From Minisyncoccota bacterium (GTDB taxonomy: Bacteria; Patescibacteriota; Minisyncoccia; JAHIHE01; JAGLIN01), in assembly GCA_023142595.1 (NCBI GenBank), contig JAGLJF010000024.1:1-52876 (forward strand): a stretch of DNA of 52,876 nt, given 5' to 3'. Of the stretch, positions 10,172 to 20,024 are shown one piece after another; position 1 is the stretch's first letter; each line of letters opens with the position of its first letter. Under the pieces are notes generated by a model that searched no databases, was not told the origin of the DNA, and worked only from the letters and a program-made list of their open reading frames with translations. Made by a program: the position numbers and the translations under genes.

Positions 10172-10384
10172 ACAGCCTGAAGGCTGGGTTCCACCTAGCG
10201 ACGGAATTAACCCTTCAGGGTTTCAAATCGTGACAAATTCAAACAGCCTAAAGGCTGAATTCCGAATAAAGCGCAACCTCCAAAAACAGCCTAAAGACTG
10301 GGTTCCACCATTAACTCGGAATTAACCCTTCAGGGTTTCAAATCGTTGCAATTTCAAAAAATGAAATCCTAAAGGATAAATTCC
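10172..10384. repeat. REP/BIME-like cluster upstream of the RAYT gene
   Basis: Alternating ACAGCCTRAAGGCTGRRTTCC and GGAATTAACCCTTCAGGGTTTC / GAAATCCTAAAGGATAAATTCC hairpins; six copies. Confidence 0.9.
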
Positions 10385-10412
10385 AAACAAAAAAATATAT
10401 TAAACTCACAAA

Positions 10413-10952
10413 ATGGATTCAAAAATTCATCATCCGCCGCATATCTATCAAGATGATTCTATTTATTTTGTTACAGCCAGAACTTATCAAAAAGAAAAAA
10501 TATTTAACACGGATCAAAAGAAGAAAATCTTGTTTAAAAATCTTTGGAATGAATTCAGCAAAATTGATTACAGATTATATGCTTGGGTAATTTTAGATAA
10601 TCATTATCATATTGAGTTTAAAACTAGGTTAGGCAGGAATCTGAGCAAGGCAATAAATCTTATTCACGGGAGAACGGCTTTTGAAATTAACAAGATTGAT
10701 AATAAAAAAGGTAGAAAAATTTTTCAAAATTATCTGGATTACTGTATTCGCCATGAAAAAGATTTTTATCGTCATTTCAATTATATTCATCATAATCCAG
10801 TGAAACATTAATATGTTAAAAATCAAGAAGATGTTTTTGATTACAAATTTTGTAGTTATAAAAATTGGGCAGAGAAGAAAGGGAAGGAGTGGATTGATTC
10901 TTGCTTCGAAACTTATCCGATTGTTGATTTTACTGCTGGTGGAGAAAAATGA
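10413..10952 (+). pseudogene. REP-associated tyrosine transposase (RAYT, Y1/IS200-like HUH) with one internal stop
   Basis: Motifs YFVTART, AWVILDNHYH (HUH) and YIHHNPVKH. After TAA at 10809-10811 the frame continues YVKNQEDVFDYKFCSY... to TGA at 10950-10952. REP clusters flank both sides. Confidence 0.85.
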
Positions 10953-11080
10953 AATCCTAAATTATACGGAATTAACCCTTTAGGGTTTCAAATCGTTGCA
11001 AATTAAAAATAACAGCCTAAAGGCTGAATTCCATAAAAACATAATTTACCAACCAAACAGCCTGAAGGCTGGGTTCCATA
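10951..11080. repeat. REP cluster downstream of the RAYT gene
   Basis: GGAATTAACCCTTTAGGGTTTC, ACAGCCTAAAGGCTGAATTCC, ACAGCCTGAAGGCTGGGTTCC. Confidence 0.9.
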
Positions 11081-11122
11081 TAAATTTCTTTTATAAATAT
11101 TTAAACCAATAAAACCAAATAA

Positions 11123-11491
11123 ATGAGAAAACAAAAAATAATTTCTATAGTTGTAATCTTAATTCTTTTTGTAACAACTTTATTTTTCGCAATTAATTAT
11201 TCACAAACAAAAAAAGATCTTGACCAAACCAAGCTAACCATTACAAATTATCAAGAAAGTGAGAAAGTTATAGATTTCACTGAGCTTTTTGTTGAAGAAG
11301 TTCTGAATTCAAATGGAGGGGAAATTGATTTTGAAACAAGATTAAAACTAGAAAATTCAGTTCGTGGATTAAATAATGAAGAAATTCTTTCCCAATGGAA
11401 AAAATTTATTGACAGTGAAGACGAAATAGAAGCGCAAGGAATCGTTAAAGGATTATTAAATATGTTGGTTGATGAGATGAGGGTGAAGTAG
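11123..11491 (+). CDS. Hypothetical N-terminally membrane-anchored protein, 122 aa
   Basis: Basic N-terminus, one TM segment, helical soluble domain; followed by a REP pair at 11505-11561. Confidence 0.8.
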   Translation: MRKQKIISIVVILILFVTTLFFAINYSQTKKDLDQTKLTITNYQESEKVIDFTELFVEEVLNSNGGEIDFETRLKLENSVRGLNNEEILSQWKKFIDSEDEIEAQGIVKGLLNMLVDEMRVK

Positions 11492-11630
11492 TGATGAGCG
11501 GAATGAAATCCTAAAGGATAAATTCCCAATTGATGATTCGGAATTTACCCTTTAGGGTTTTATATCGTTGCAGTTTCAAAAAATAAAATACTAAAGAGCT
11601 TGTGCTAAATTTAGGAATAAAATCCGGCTC

Positions 11631-11658
11631 TTGACAATATTTTTAGGTTGTATATAAT
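11631..11658 (+). promoter_or_regulatory. Candidate sigma70 promoter upstream of rpoB
   Basis: TTGACA (11631) - 16 nt - TATAAT (11653). Confidence 0.5.
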
Positions 11659-11917
11659 GAATTTATATTTGAATCCAAGTCAAAATTCAATTTTTATGAT
11701 TTATAAAGTCATCAAGTAAAAGGGGATATTCTTTAATGCCTGCAGTGTTTGCTGTTTAGGCTTGTTTTTGTGTCTTTGAAAATTATTTCTTCTAAATTTT
11801 AGAAATTTTTAATAAAAAAGTGTTCTTTTGTGTTGTTTGTTATATTTAGAGAACGCGCTGATAATTGTTAGATTGTCCAGCGTTGTTTATACTTTTATAA
11901 TTACCATTAGTATCAAT

Positions 11918-12385
11918 TGTCATCCTCAGCTTGACTGAGGATCCAGAATAAACCGAGATAGATGATAATTTAGGCTTGATACAGCCAAAAGATACTAATC
12001 CTAGATTACCGCAGGAGTTTATGCTGAATTAATTTCAGTGCGGGAATGACAAACAAGTTTAATATAATGTATAAAACTATTTTTAAAAAGTATAGGAAGC
12101 GCTGTAAAATCTTATAAATAAACTAATAAATCTTTATTTTTATAATTTGTTTTTTGAGTTAAATCCTAGATTCCCTTCTGCAAGGGAATGACAAAAACTG
12201 CGTTTTCAGGAGTTTCTTAATTTATTTTACTGATAAAAAATTTGTCATTCTGAATGAAGCGATAGCACTGAAATAAATTCAGCATAAACTTCATAAAGAA
12301 TCTCGCGAGAAGACTCATCTTGTGTCAATTCAAAATTCAGCGAATATAAACTCGGGATTCTTCGTCGTAAACTCCTCAGAATGAC
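11918..12385. repeat. Cluster of (T/C)GTCAT-type palindromic repeats in the rpoB upstream region
   Basis: Hairpins at 11918-11944, 12003-12051, 12168-12193, 12243-12304 and 12354-12385, all bounded by GTCATYCY...RGRATC or its reverse complement. Confidence 0.85.
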
Positions 12386-12505
12386 TGTTTGTCTAATGCA
12401 TTTAAAGAATAATACACGGAAAATGACAAAATTACGTTTTTAAAGGTTTTTAAAATAAATATGATAAATTTATTTTCTTAAATAATCAACTTATTTTTAT
12501 AAAAT

Positions 12506-15500
12506 ATGTCAATGCTTACAACCAAAGACGCGACAAGCTTAAAATCAAACAGAAAATTTTTTCATGAAACAAAGGATGTGCTAGACTATCCATATCTTAT
12601 AGAATCTCAGCTTATTTCTTATAATTGGTTTATTGAAAAGGGGTTGAAAGAGCTTTTGAAAGAAGTTTCTCCTATTATCAGTTTTAACAAGGAGATGGAA
12701 GTGGATTTTGTTGATTATTATTTAGATAAGCCTAAATATGACAAAGAAACTGCGAAGAAGAAAAATTTATCTTTCGAGGCACCTTTGAGATGTCGAGTTA
12801 GATTGACTCACAAAAAAACCAACACAAATAAAGAACAGGAAATTTATTTTGGAGAATTCCCGCTTATGACAGAGCGAGGAACTTTTATTATCAACGGAGT
12901 TGAGCGAGTTGTAGTAAGTCAGCTTATCAAATCTCCTGGAGCATTCTTTTCGATTTCTTCAGAAAAAGAAGATAAAAAATATTTTGGCGCAAAAATGATT
13001 CCAACCAGGGGAGCGTGGCTTGAAGTTGAAACAGAAGCGAGCGGTGCTATTTTTGTGAAAATTGATAAAAAAAGGAAGGTAGCCGTGACAGCTCTTATAC
13101 GAGCTTTTGGTGTTGATTCTGATGAAAAACTTTTGGAACTTTTTTCTGATGTAGACACTGGAGAAGTAAAGTTTATTGAAGAAACTATCAAAAAAGATGT
13201 TTCAAAATCTAAAGCAGAAGGATTTATTGAAGTTTATAAAAGAATTCGACCTGGGGATCTTGCTACAGCTGATAACGCTAGACAATTAATTGAAGGAATG
13301 TTTTTCAAATTTGATAGATATGATTTGGGAAAAGTAGGAAGACATAAAATCAATCAAAGACTTAATGTTGACTTGGAAGATACTGTTGAAAACAGAGTAT
13401 TCCAGCCCAACGATTTAATTTTGGTTGTCAAAGAATTGATAAAGCTTAATAATTCTTCAAATGCAGTTGGCGATGATATTGATCATCTTGGGAACAGAAG
13501 AGTTCGAACTGTTGGAGAATTGATTCAAGAAAGATTTCGTCTTGGATTTATGAGAGTTGAGAGAAATATCAAAGACAGAATGAGTACTGTTGATGTGAAC
13601 ACAGTTGTTCCTTCTCAACTTATAAATACCCGACCTCTTATTGCGGTTATTAGAGAATTTTTTATGTCTTCACAGCTTTGTCAATTTATGGATCAAGTTA
13701 ATCCTTTGGCTGAACTTGAGCACAAAAGAAGATTATCTGCTATGGGACCTGGAGGTTTGACAAGAGAAAGAGCTGGATTTGAAGTTCGTGATGTTCATAG
13801 AAGTCATTATGGAAGAGTGTGTCCGATTCAAACTCCTGAAGGACCGAATATTGGTTTGGTGGGACATCTTGCCTTGTTTGGAACCGTGAATGAATATGGA
13901 TTTCTAGAAACTCCTTATCGAAAAGTTAAAAATGGAAAAGTTTCTAACGAGATTATTTATCTTGATGCTACGGAAGAAGAAGAGGCAATTATTTCTCACG
14001 CTAGTGTTCCTTTTGACGATAATACAAAAATGTTTACTCAAAAAGAAGTTCAAGCAAGAATCAAAGGTAGGCCTGGAATTGTTGAAGCTGAAAAAGTAAA
14101 CTTTATGGATGTGTCCCCAAATCAAGCTATTAGTGTTTCAACTTCACTTATTCCTTTTCTCGAACACGATGATGCGCATAGAGCTTTGATGGGTTCGAAT
14201 ATGCAGAGGCAGGCTGTTACTTGTATTATTCCAGATTCTGCTGTTGTGGGAACTGGGCTTGAAAAAAAGGCGGCGGTTGATTCTGGTCATGTTCTAGTGG
14301 CTGAAGATAGTGGGGAGATATTAGAAGTCGATGGAGCTCATATCAAAATAAAGCTTGCAGATTCATCCACAAAAACTTATAACCTTTCGAGTTTTGTTCG
14401 ATCAAATTCTGCTACTTGTATGACTCAATATGCCAGAGTACAAAGAGGTCAAAAGGTCAAAAGAGGTGACGTCTTGGCTGATGGTTCTGGAACTCAAGAT
14501 GGAGAGATAGCGCTTGGTCAAAATTTATTCGTGGCTTTTATGCCATGGGGAGGATGCAACTTTGAAGATGCTATTATTCTTTCACAAAGAGTTGTTGAAA
14601 ATGATAGATTCAGTTCAATTCATATTGAAGATTTTTCTATAGATGTTCGAGATACAAAACTAGGTCCCGAGGTCGTCACAAGAGATATTCCAAATGTTGG
14701 AGAAGATAAATTGAAAGATTTGGATGAAGATGGAATTATCAGAATCGGAGCTGAGGTTCGATCTGGTGATATTTTGGTTGGAAAAATTACTCCAAAAGGT
14801 GAAAGTGATTTGACTGCCGAAGAAAGATTACTCAGATCAATTTTTGGAGAAAAAGCAAGAGATGTTAAAGATACCTCTTTATATTTGCAACACGGAGAGC
14901 AAGGAAAAGTAGTTGATGTGAAGATTTTTTCAAGAGATCAAGGAGACAAGCTTTCAGCTGGAGTGATAAAGAAAATTCAAATAAGTGTTGCACAACTTCG
15001 AAAAATTCAAGTTGGTGACAAGTTGGCAGGTCGTCATGGAAACAAAGGTGTGATTTCGACAATTTTGCCAATTGAAGATATGCCATATCTTGAAGATGGA
15101 ACTCCTGTTGATATCATTTTAAATCCTCTTGGAGTTGCTTCTCGTATGAATATCGGACAAATTCTTGAAACACATCTTGGATGGGCAGCAAGTAGGTTGG
15201 GATACAAAGTCGCTTGTCCGTCACTCAATGGTGTGACTGAAGAGCAGATCAAAGGCGAGTTGAAAAAGGCAGGACTTCCAGAAGACGGAAAGGTTCAGCT
15301 CTTTGATGGAAAAACAGGAAAATCTTTTGAGAACAAAACTACTGTTGGAATTACATATATTATGAAACTGAACCATTTGGTTGAAGACAAGATTCATATG
15401 CGTTCTATCGGTCCATATTCTTTGATAACTCAGCAACCGCTTGGTGGTAAAGCTCAATTTGGTGGACAGAGATTTGGAGAGATGGAGGTTTGGGCGCTTG

Positions 15501-15751
15501 AAGGTCATGGCGCAGCTCATACTTTGCAAGAAGTTTTGACTATTAAATCAGATGATGTACTTGGAAGATCAAAATCTTATGAGTCTATTATTAAAGGAGA
15601 GTCCATCAAAAATCCTCATATTCCGGCATCATTTCATGTTTTGGTAAATGAATTGAAAGCCTTGAGTTTGAGTGTGGATTTGATGGGAGTAAAGCAAGAA
15701 GATGTTGTTGAAGAAGCTGAAGAAGAGATTGAAGATGAAAGTGATAAATAA
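12506..15751 (+). CDS. rpoB: DNA-directed RNA polymerase subunit beta
   Basis: Motifs GTFIINGVERVVVSQL, GDKLAGRHGNKGV and GGQRFGEMEVWALE. Confidence 0.99.
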   Translation: MSMLTTKDATSLKSNRKFFHETKDVLDYPYLIESQLISYNWFIEKGLKELLKEVSPIISFNKEMEVDFVDYYLDKPKYDKETAKKKNLSFEAPLRCRVRLTHKKTNTNKEQEIYFGEFPLMTERGTFIINGVERVVVSQLIKSPGAFFSISSEKEDKKYFGAKMIPTRGAWLEVETEASGAIFVKIDKKRKVAVTALIRAFGVDSDEKLLELFSDVDTGEVKFIEETIKKDVSKSKAEGFIEVYKRIRPGDLATADNARQLIEGMFFKFDRYDLGKVGRHKINQRLNVDLEDTVENRVFQPNDLILVVKELIKLNNSSNAVGDDIDHLGNRRVRTVGELIQERFRLGFMRVERNIKDRMSTVDVNTVVPSQLINTRPLIAVIREFFMSSQLCQFMDQVNPLAELEHKRRLSAMGPGGLTRERAGFEVRDVHRSHYGRVCPIQTPEGPNIGLVGHLALFGTVNEYGFLETPYRKVKNGKVSNEIIYLDATEEEEAIISHASVPFDDNTKMFTQKEVQARIKGRPGIVEAEKVNFMDVSPNQAISVSTSLIPFLEHDDAHRALMGSNMQRQAVTCIIPDSAVVGTGLEKKAAVDSGHVLVAEDSGEILEVDGAHIKIKLADSSTKTYNLSSFVRSNSATCMTQYARVQRGQKVKRGDVLADGSGTQDGEIALGQNLFVAFMPWGGCNFEDAIILSQRVVENDRFSSIHIEDFSIDVRDTKLGPEVVTRDIPNVGEDKLKDLDEDGIIRIGAEVRSGDILVGKITPKGESDLTAEERLLRSIFGEKARDVKDTSLYLQHGEQGKVVDVKIFSRDQGDKLSAGVIKKIQISVAQLRKIQVGDKLAGRHGNKGVISTILPIEDMPYLEDGTPVDIILNPLGVASRMNIGQILETHLGWAASRLGYKVACPSLNGVTEEQIKGELKKAGLPEDGKVQLFDGKTGKSFENKTTVGITYIMKLNHLVEDKIHMRSIGPYSLITQQPLGGKAQFGGQRFGEMEVWALEGHGAAHTLQEVLTIKSDDVLGRSKSYESIIKGESIKNPHIPASFHVLVNELKALSLSVDLMGVKQEDVVEEAEEEIEDESDK

Positions 15752-15780
15752 AATTTAGTTTAGCAATAAATTTTATAACA

Positions 15781-15965
15781 ACAGCCTGAAGGCTGGGTTC
15801 CACCTAACGACGGAATTACCCTTTAGGGTTTCATATCGTTCCTATGCACATCTTTTACAGCCTAAAGGCTGAATTCCACAAAAGCACAATTTCCCAACCA
15901 AACAGCCTAAAGGCTGAATTCCGAAAGTTGCAACTGCGCAATAATATCCTAAAGACTGGGTTCCG
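15781..15965. repeat. REP/BIME-like cluster between rpoB and rpoC
   Basis: Five copies of the RAYT-flanking REP; the start of the cluster has the same order and linkers as 10172-10263. Confidence 0.9.
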
Positions 15966-16006
15966 AATTATATAAAAATTTATATTTAAGCAATAATATT
16001 TAATTT

Positions 16007-19000
16007 ATGTCAAATATAAGCACAAAAGTTGAGGACTTTGAATCAGTCAGACTTAAGATTGCTAGTCCTGAAGAAATTTTGAATTGGTCTACGGGAGAAG
16101 TTACAAAACCTGAAACCATAAATTATAGAACTCAAAGACCTGAAAAGGACGGATTGTTTTGCGAAAAAATATTTGGACCAACAAAAGATTGGGAGTGTTA
16201 TTGTGGAAAATATAAAAGAATTAGATATAAAGGAATTGTTTGTGATAAATGTGGGGTTGAAGTGACAAAATCCATTGTGAGAAGAGAAAGAATGGGACAT
16301 ATTAAATTGGCTGTTCCAATTTCACATGTTTGGTTTTTGCGAGGAGTTCCCTCAAGTGTTGGGCTAACACTGAATATGTCCATTCAAGATTTGGAAAAAG
16401 TCATTTATTTTGCAAGTTATTTGATTATTGATGTGAACGAGGAAGAAAGAAAATCAATTGCAGATCAAATTGAAGGTGAGTATAAATCAAGAGTTAAAAA
16501 TGGAAAAGCTACTCTTACAATACCTGAAATCAATGAAATCAAAGAAGCTCGAGACAAAGCAAAGGAAGATCTTCGAAGTATAAAAAAATTCAAGGTTATT
16601 TCTGAGCTTGAATATAGAAATCTTTCAATGAAATATGCTTCCGTTTTTAAGGCCAATATCGGAACTGAGGCTATCAAGAAAGCGTTGGAAACAATTGATT
16701 TGAAGAAAATTTCCAGAAAATTGGAAAAAGAAGTCAAGGAATTGCCAGAGTCTTCAATGCAAAGAAAAAAGATGATGAAGAGATTGCGTTTGATTCACGG
16801 ATTTATAAAAGCCAGCATAAAACCAGAATGGATGTGTCTTTCTGTTATACCTGTTATTCCACCAGACCTCAGACCGATGGTGCAGTTGGACGGTGGAAGG
16901 TTTGCAACATCAGATTTAAATGATTTATACAGAAGAGTTATCAATAGGAATAATCGTTTGAAAAAACTGATTGAACTTGGAGCTCCAGAAGTGATTTCTC
17001 GAAATGAAAAAAGAATGCTTCAAGAAGCTGTCGATGCTTTGATTGATAACAGCGCCAGAAGAGGTCAAGCAACAATGGCCGCAACTGGAAAAAGAAGACA
17101 ACTTCGATCTTTGGCAGACATGCTTAAAGGAAAACAAGGAAGATTTAGACAAAATCTTTTGGGAAAACGAGTTGACTATTCTGCGCGTAGTGTTATTGTG
17201 GTCGGTCCAACTTTGCGATTAGATCAATGTGGTCTTCCTAAGAAAATGGCCTTGGAATTATTTAAGCCTTTTGTGATGAAAGTTCTTATTGAAAGAGATT
17301 TTGCTTATAATGTTAGGAGTGCCAATAAACTAATTGAGCAAGGAATTACAGAAGTGTGGGGGATTTTGGAAGAGGTTATCAAAGGCAAATGTGTATTATT
17401 AAATCGTGCTCCTACTTTACATCGACTCGGAATTCAAGCCTTTCATCCAATCTTGATTGAAGGCAAGGCAATCCAAATCCATCCTATGGTTTGTAAAGCT
17501 TTTAATGCTGATTTCGATGGAGACCAAATGGCCGTTCATCTTCCTTTGACAGAAGAAGCGCAGAAAGAGTCTAATGAGATGATGCTTTCTTCAAAGAATT
17601 TACTTAAGCCAGCAACTGGTGAGCCAATCGTTACTCCATCTCAAGATATTGTTCTCGGTTGTTACTATATGAGTAAATTTATTGACAAGGCAAAAGGAGA
17701 AGGAAAAATATTTGGTTCTTTTGATGATGCTGTAATTGCTCATGAACTTGGAATGATTGATCTTCGAGCCAAAATTAAACTTCAAAATAATTCGTGGTTA
17801 GTGTCCAAAAAAACGAAATCAAAGGATGTAGAATCTTTTATAGAGACTTCTGTTGGTCGTATTATTTTTAATCAATCGTTACCTGAAGAACTTTTGTATA
17901 TTAACAAAGTTATGGATTCTGGTGCTTTGAAGGCTTTGATTGCTGATTCTCTTGATAGACTTGGAGAAGAAAAAACTGTTCTTCTGGTTGACAGAATAAA
18001 ATCTCTTGGATTTAAATATGCGACTAAATCTGGTTTGAGTTGGGGAATGGATGATGTGAAAATACCTCCTTCAAAGGACAAACTTTTCAAAGAAGGAGAT
18101 AAGGAAATCGACAAACTTCGAGAACAATATGAGGACGGTTTGTTGACAGAAAACGAAAGAAGAGTGAAATCAATTGAAATTTGGAATGACATCAAAGATA
18201 AAATCGGACAAGAAATTCCAGGCACTATCGGAGAGGAAAGTCCAGTGGCATATATGATTAATTCTGGAGCAAGAAGTAATTGGGCTGTGATTACTCAGAT
18301 GGGTGGTATGAAAGGTTTGGTTGTGAATCCATCTGGAGAAACAATTGAACTTCCGATCAAGAGTAGTTTTAAAGAAGGGTTTAATGTGTTGGAATATTTT
18401 ATCTCAACTCATGGAACCAGAAAAGGAATGGCGGATACTGCTCTTCGAACTTCAACTGCAGGATATCTAACAAGAAGACTTGTTGATGTTGCTCAAGATG
18501 TAATTATTCATGAGGTTGATTGTCATGATGAAGAAGGAACAGAAGTTGTAGCAAATGAACATCTTGATATTGGACGAACAATTTCTATGAGACTTAGAGG
18601 GCGAACTGCCTTAAAAGATATCAAGGATCCAAAAACGAAAAAAATGATTGTCAAAGCTGGAGTTCAAATTCATAAAAAAGATGCCGATGCAATTGAAAAA
18701 GCTGGAATTGAAAGAGTTTGGGTGAGAAGCATTATCAAATGTAAGGCTAAAAGAGGGGTTTGTCAGACATGTTATGGATATGATCTTGGAAAGAATAGAC
18801 TTGTGGAAGTTGGACAAGCTGTGGGAATTGTGACAGCTCAAGCTATTGGAGAACCAGGAACACAGTTGACGATGAGAACATTCCATAGTGGAGGGGTTGC
18901 TGGAAAAGATATTACCCAAGGTCTTCCTCGAGTTGAGGAAATATTTGAAGCTCGAGTTCCAAAGGGCAAGGCCTTGATTGCTGAAGTTGATGGAAAAGTT

Positions 19001-19699
19001 CAAGATATTGAAGAGACAGCAGATTCAAGAATTATCCACATTAAATTTAAACCTAAAGTAGAAGAAATTGTTGACAAGGAAAAAGTCGAAGATGTCAAAA
19101 GTTATGTAATTGACAAAGATACTTCAATTTTGGTTAAAAAGGGAGAACTTGTATTGGCAGGGCAACAGCTCGTTGAAGGACATGTTGATATTCATGAATT
19201 GTTTGAATTAAAAGGAGTTGAAGCTATACAAAAATATATTATCAAAGAAATACAACAAGTTTATACTTCTCAGGGTGAAGGAATTGATGACAAGCATATT
19301 GAAATTATCATCAGACAGATGCTTTCTAGGGTAAAAGTCAAAGATTCAGGGGACACAAATTTGCTGATTGGAGATATAATTGAGAAAGCTCAATATCTTG
19401 AAAACAATGAAGCAATCGAAAATGAAAACAAGAAAAATAAGTCTGTAACGGATAAGATTAAAGAAGTTTCAACTGTCGAACAACTTTTACTTGGAATTAC
19501 AAAAGCGTCTTTGACGACAGAAAGTTTCTTGTCTTCCGCATCGTTTCAGGAAACAGCTCGAGTTTTGATTGGTGCTGCTACCACTGGAAAAGAAGACAAG
19601 CTTCGAGGCTTGAAAGAAAATGTAATTATCGGAAGATTGATTCCGTCTGGAACAGGATATTTCAGAAATATTGATAAGAAAGAAGAAAATGCGAGTTAA
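16007..19699 (+). CDS. rpoC: DNA-directed RNA polymerase subunit beta'
   Basis: [12 protein letters not shown] catalytic motif, Zn-finger CYCGKYK...CDKC, and [13 protein letters not shown]. Confidence 0.99.
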   Translation: MSNISTKVEDFESVRLKIASPEEILNWSTGEVTKPETINYRTQRPEKDGLFCEKIFGPTKDWECYCGKYKRIRYKGIVCDKCGVEVTKSIVRRERMGHIKLAVPISHVWFLRGVPSSVGLTLNMSIQDLEKVIYFASYLIIDVNEEERKSIADQIEGEYKSRVKNGKATLTIPEINEIKEARDKAKEDLRSIKKFKVISELEYRNLSMKYASVFKANIGTEAIKKALETIDLKKISRKLEKEVKELPESSMQRKKMMKRLRLIHGFIKASIKPEWMCLSVIPVIPPDLRPMVQLDGGRFATSDLNDLYRRVINRNNRLKKLIELGAPEVISRNEKRMLQEAVDALIDNSARRGQATMAATGKRRQLRSLADMLKGKQGRFRQNLLGKRVDYSARSVIVVGPTLRLDQCGLPKKMALELFKPFVMKVLIERDFAYNVRSANKLIEQGITEVWGILEEVIKGKCVLLNRAPTLHRLGIQAFHPILIEGKAIQIHPMVCKAFNADFDGDQMAVHLPLTEEAQKESNEMMLSSKNLLKPATGEPIVTPSQDIVLGCYYMSKFIDKAKGEGKIFGSFDDAVIAHELGMIDLRAKIKLQNNSWLVSKKTKSKDVESFIETSVGRIIFNQSLPEELLYINKVMDSGALKALIADSLDRLGEEKTVLLVDRIKSLGFKYATKSGLSWGMDDVKIPPSKDKLFKEGDKEIDKLREQYEDGLLTENERRVKSIEIWNDIKDKIGQEIPGTIGEESPVAYMINSGARSNWAVITQMGGMKGLVVNPSGETIELPIKSSFKEGFNVLEYFISTHGTRKGMADTALRTSTAGYLTRRLVDVAQDVIIHEVDCHDEEGTEVVANEHLDIGRTISMRLRGRTALKDIKDPKTKKMIVKAGVQIHKKDADAIEKAGIERVWVRSIIKCKAKRGVCQTCYGYDLGKNRLVEVGQAVGIVTAQAIGEPGTQLTMRTFHSGGVAGKDITQGLPRVEEIFEARVPKGKALIAEVDGKVQDIEETADSRIIHIKFKPKVEEIVDKEKVEDVKSYVIDKDTSILVKKGELVLAGQQLVEGHVDIHELFELKGVEAIQKYIIKEIQQVYTSQGEGIDDKHIEIIIRQMLSRVKVKDSGDTNLLIGDIIEKAQYLENNEAIENENKKNKSVTDKIKEVSTVEQLLLGITKASLTTESFLSSASFQETARVLIGAATTGKEDKLRGLKENVIIGRLIPSGTGYFRNIDKKEENAS

Positions 19700-19768
19700 T
19701 TTAAGATCTAGGAATTAACGAAAGCGACATTATATGATGTCGCTTGCAAATAGAACTTTGCGTAATAA

Positions 19769-19798
19769 AAAAACAGCTCTTGAAAAAAGGCTGTTTTT
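19769..19798 (+). terminator. Intrinsic terminator after rpoC
   Basis: AAAACAGC...GCTGTTTTT hairpin with T-tract; a REP pair follows at 19804-19864. Confidence 0.6.
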
Positions 19799-20024
19799 GT
19801 TTCGGAATCTACTCTTCGTGGTTTCAAATCGTAAACACAAAAAACAGCCTAAAGGCTGAATTCCATATTATTAACACAAAAAATCTTAAAGAATAAATTC
19901 TGTCGAGTGCAATAAAATATCATAAAGAAAGATTAGTTTTTAGTAAAAGGCTACCTTTCTTTTTTTGCCTAAGATGCGATTTTAAGCTATAATGAAAAGG
20001 TAAAAAATAAGGAAAAATAATAAT

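Noticed and set aside
10809-10811. Stop-codon reassignment suggested by in-frame TAA/TAG in the RAYT gene, the 28090-28374 region and the 52417 ORF
   Set aside because: TAA, TAG and TGA all terminate intact genes here (rpoB/rpoC TAA, recA TAG, 49970 TGA), so ordinary pseudogenisation is the simpler explanation.
10172-11080. CRISPR array
   Set aside because: The repeats alternate in orientation, have irregular short and partly conserved linkers, flank a RAYT gene and recur across the window; no cas genes are present.
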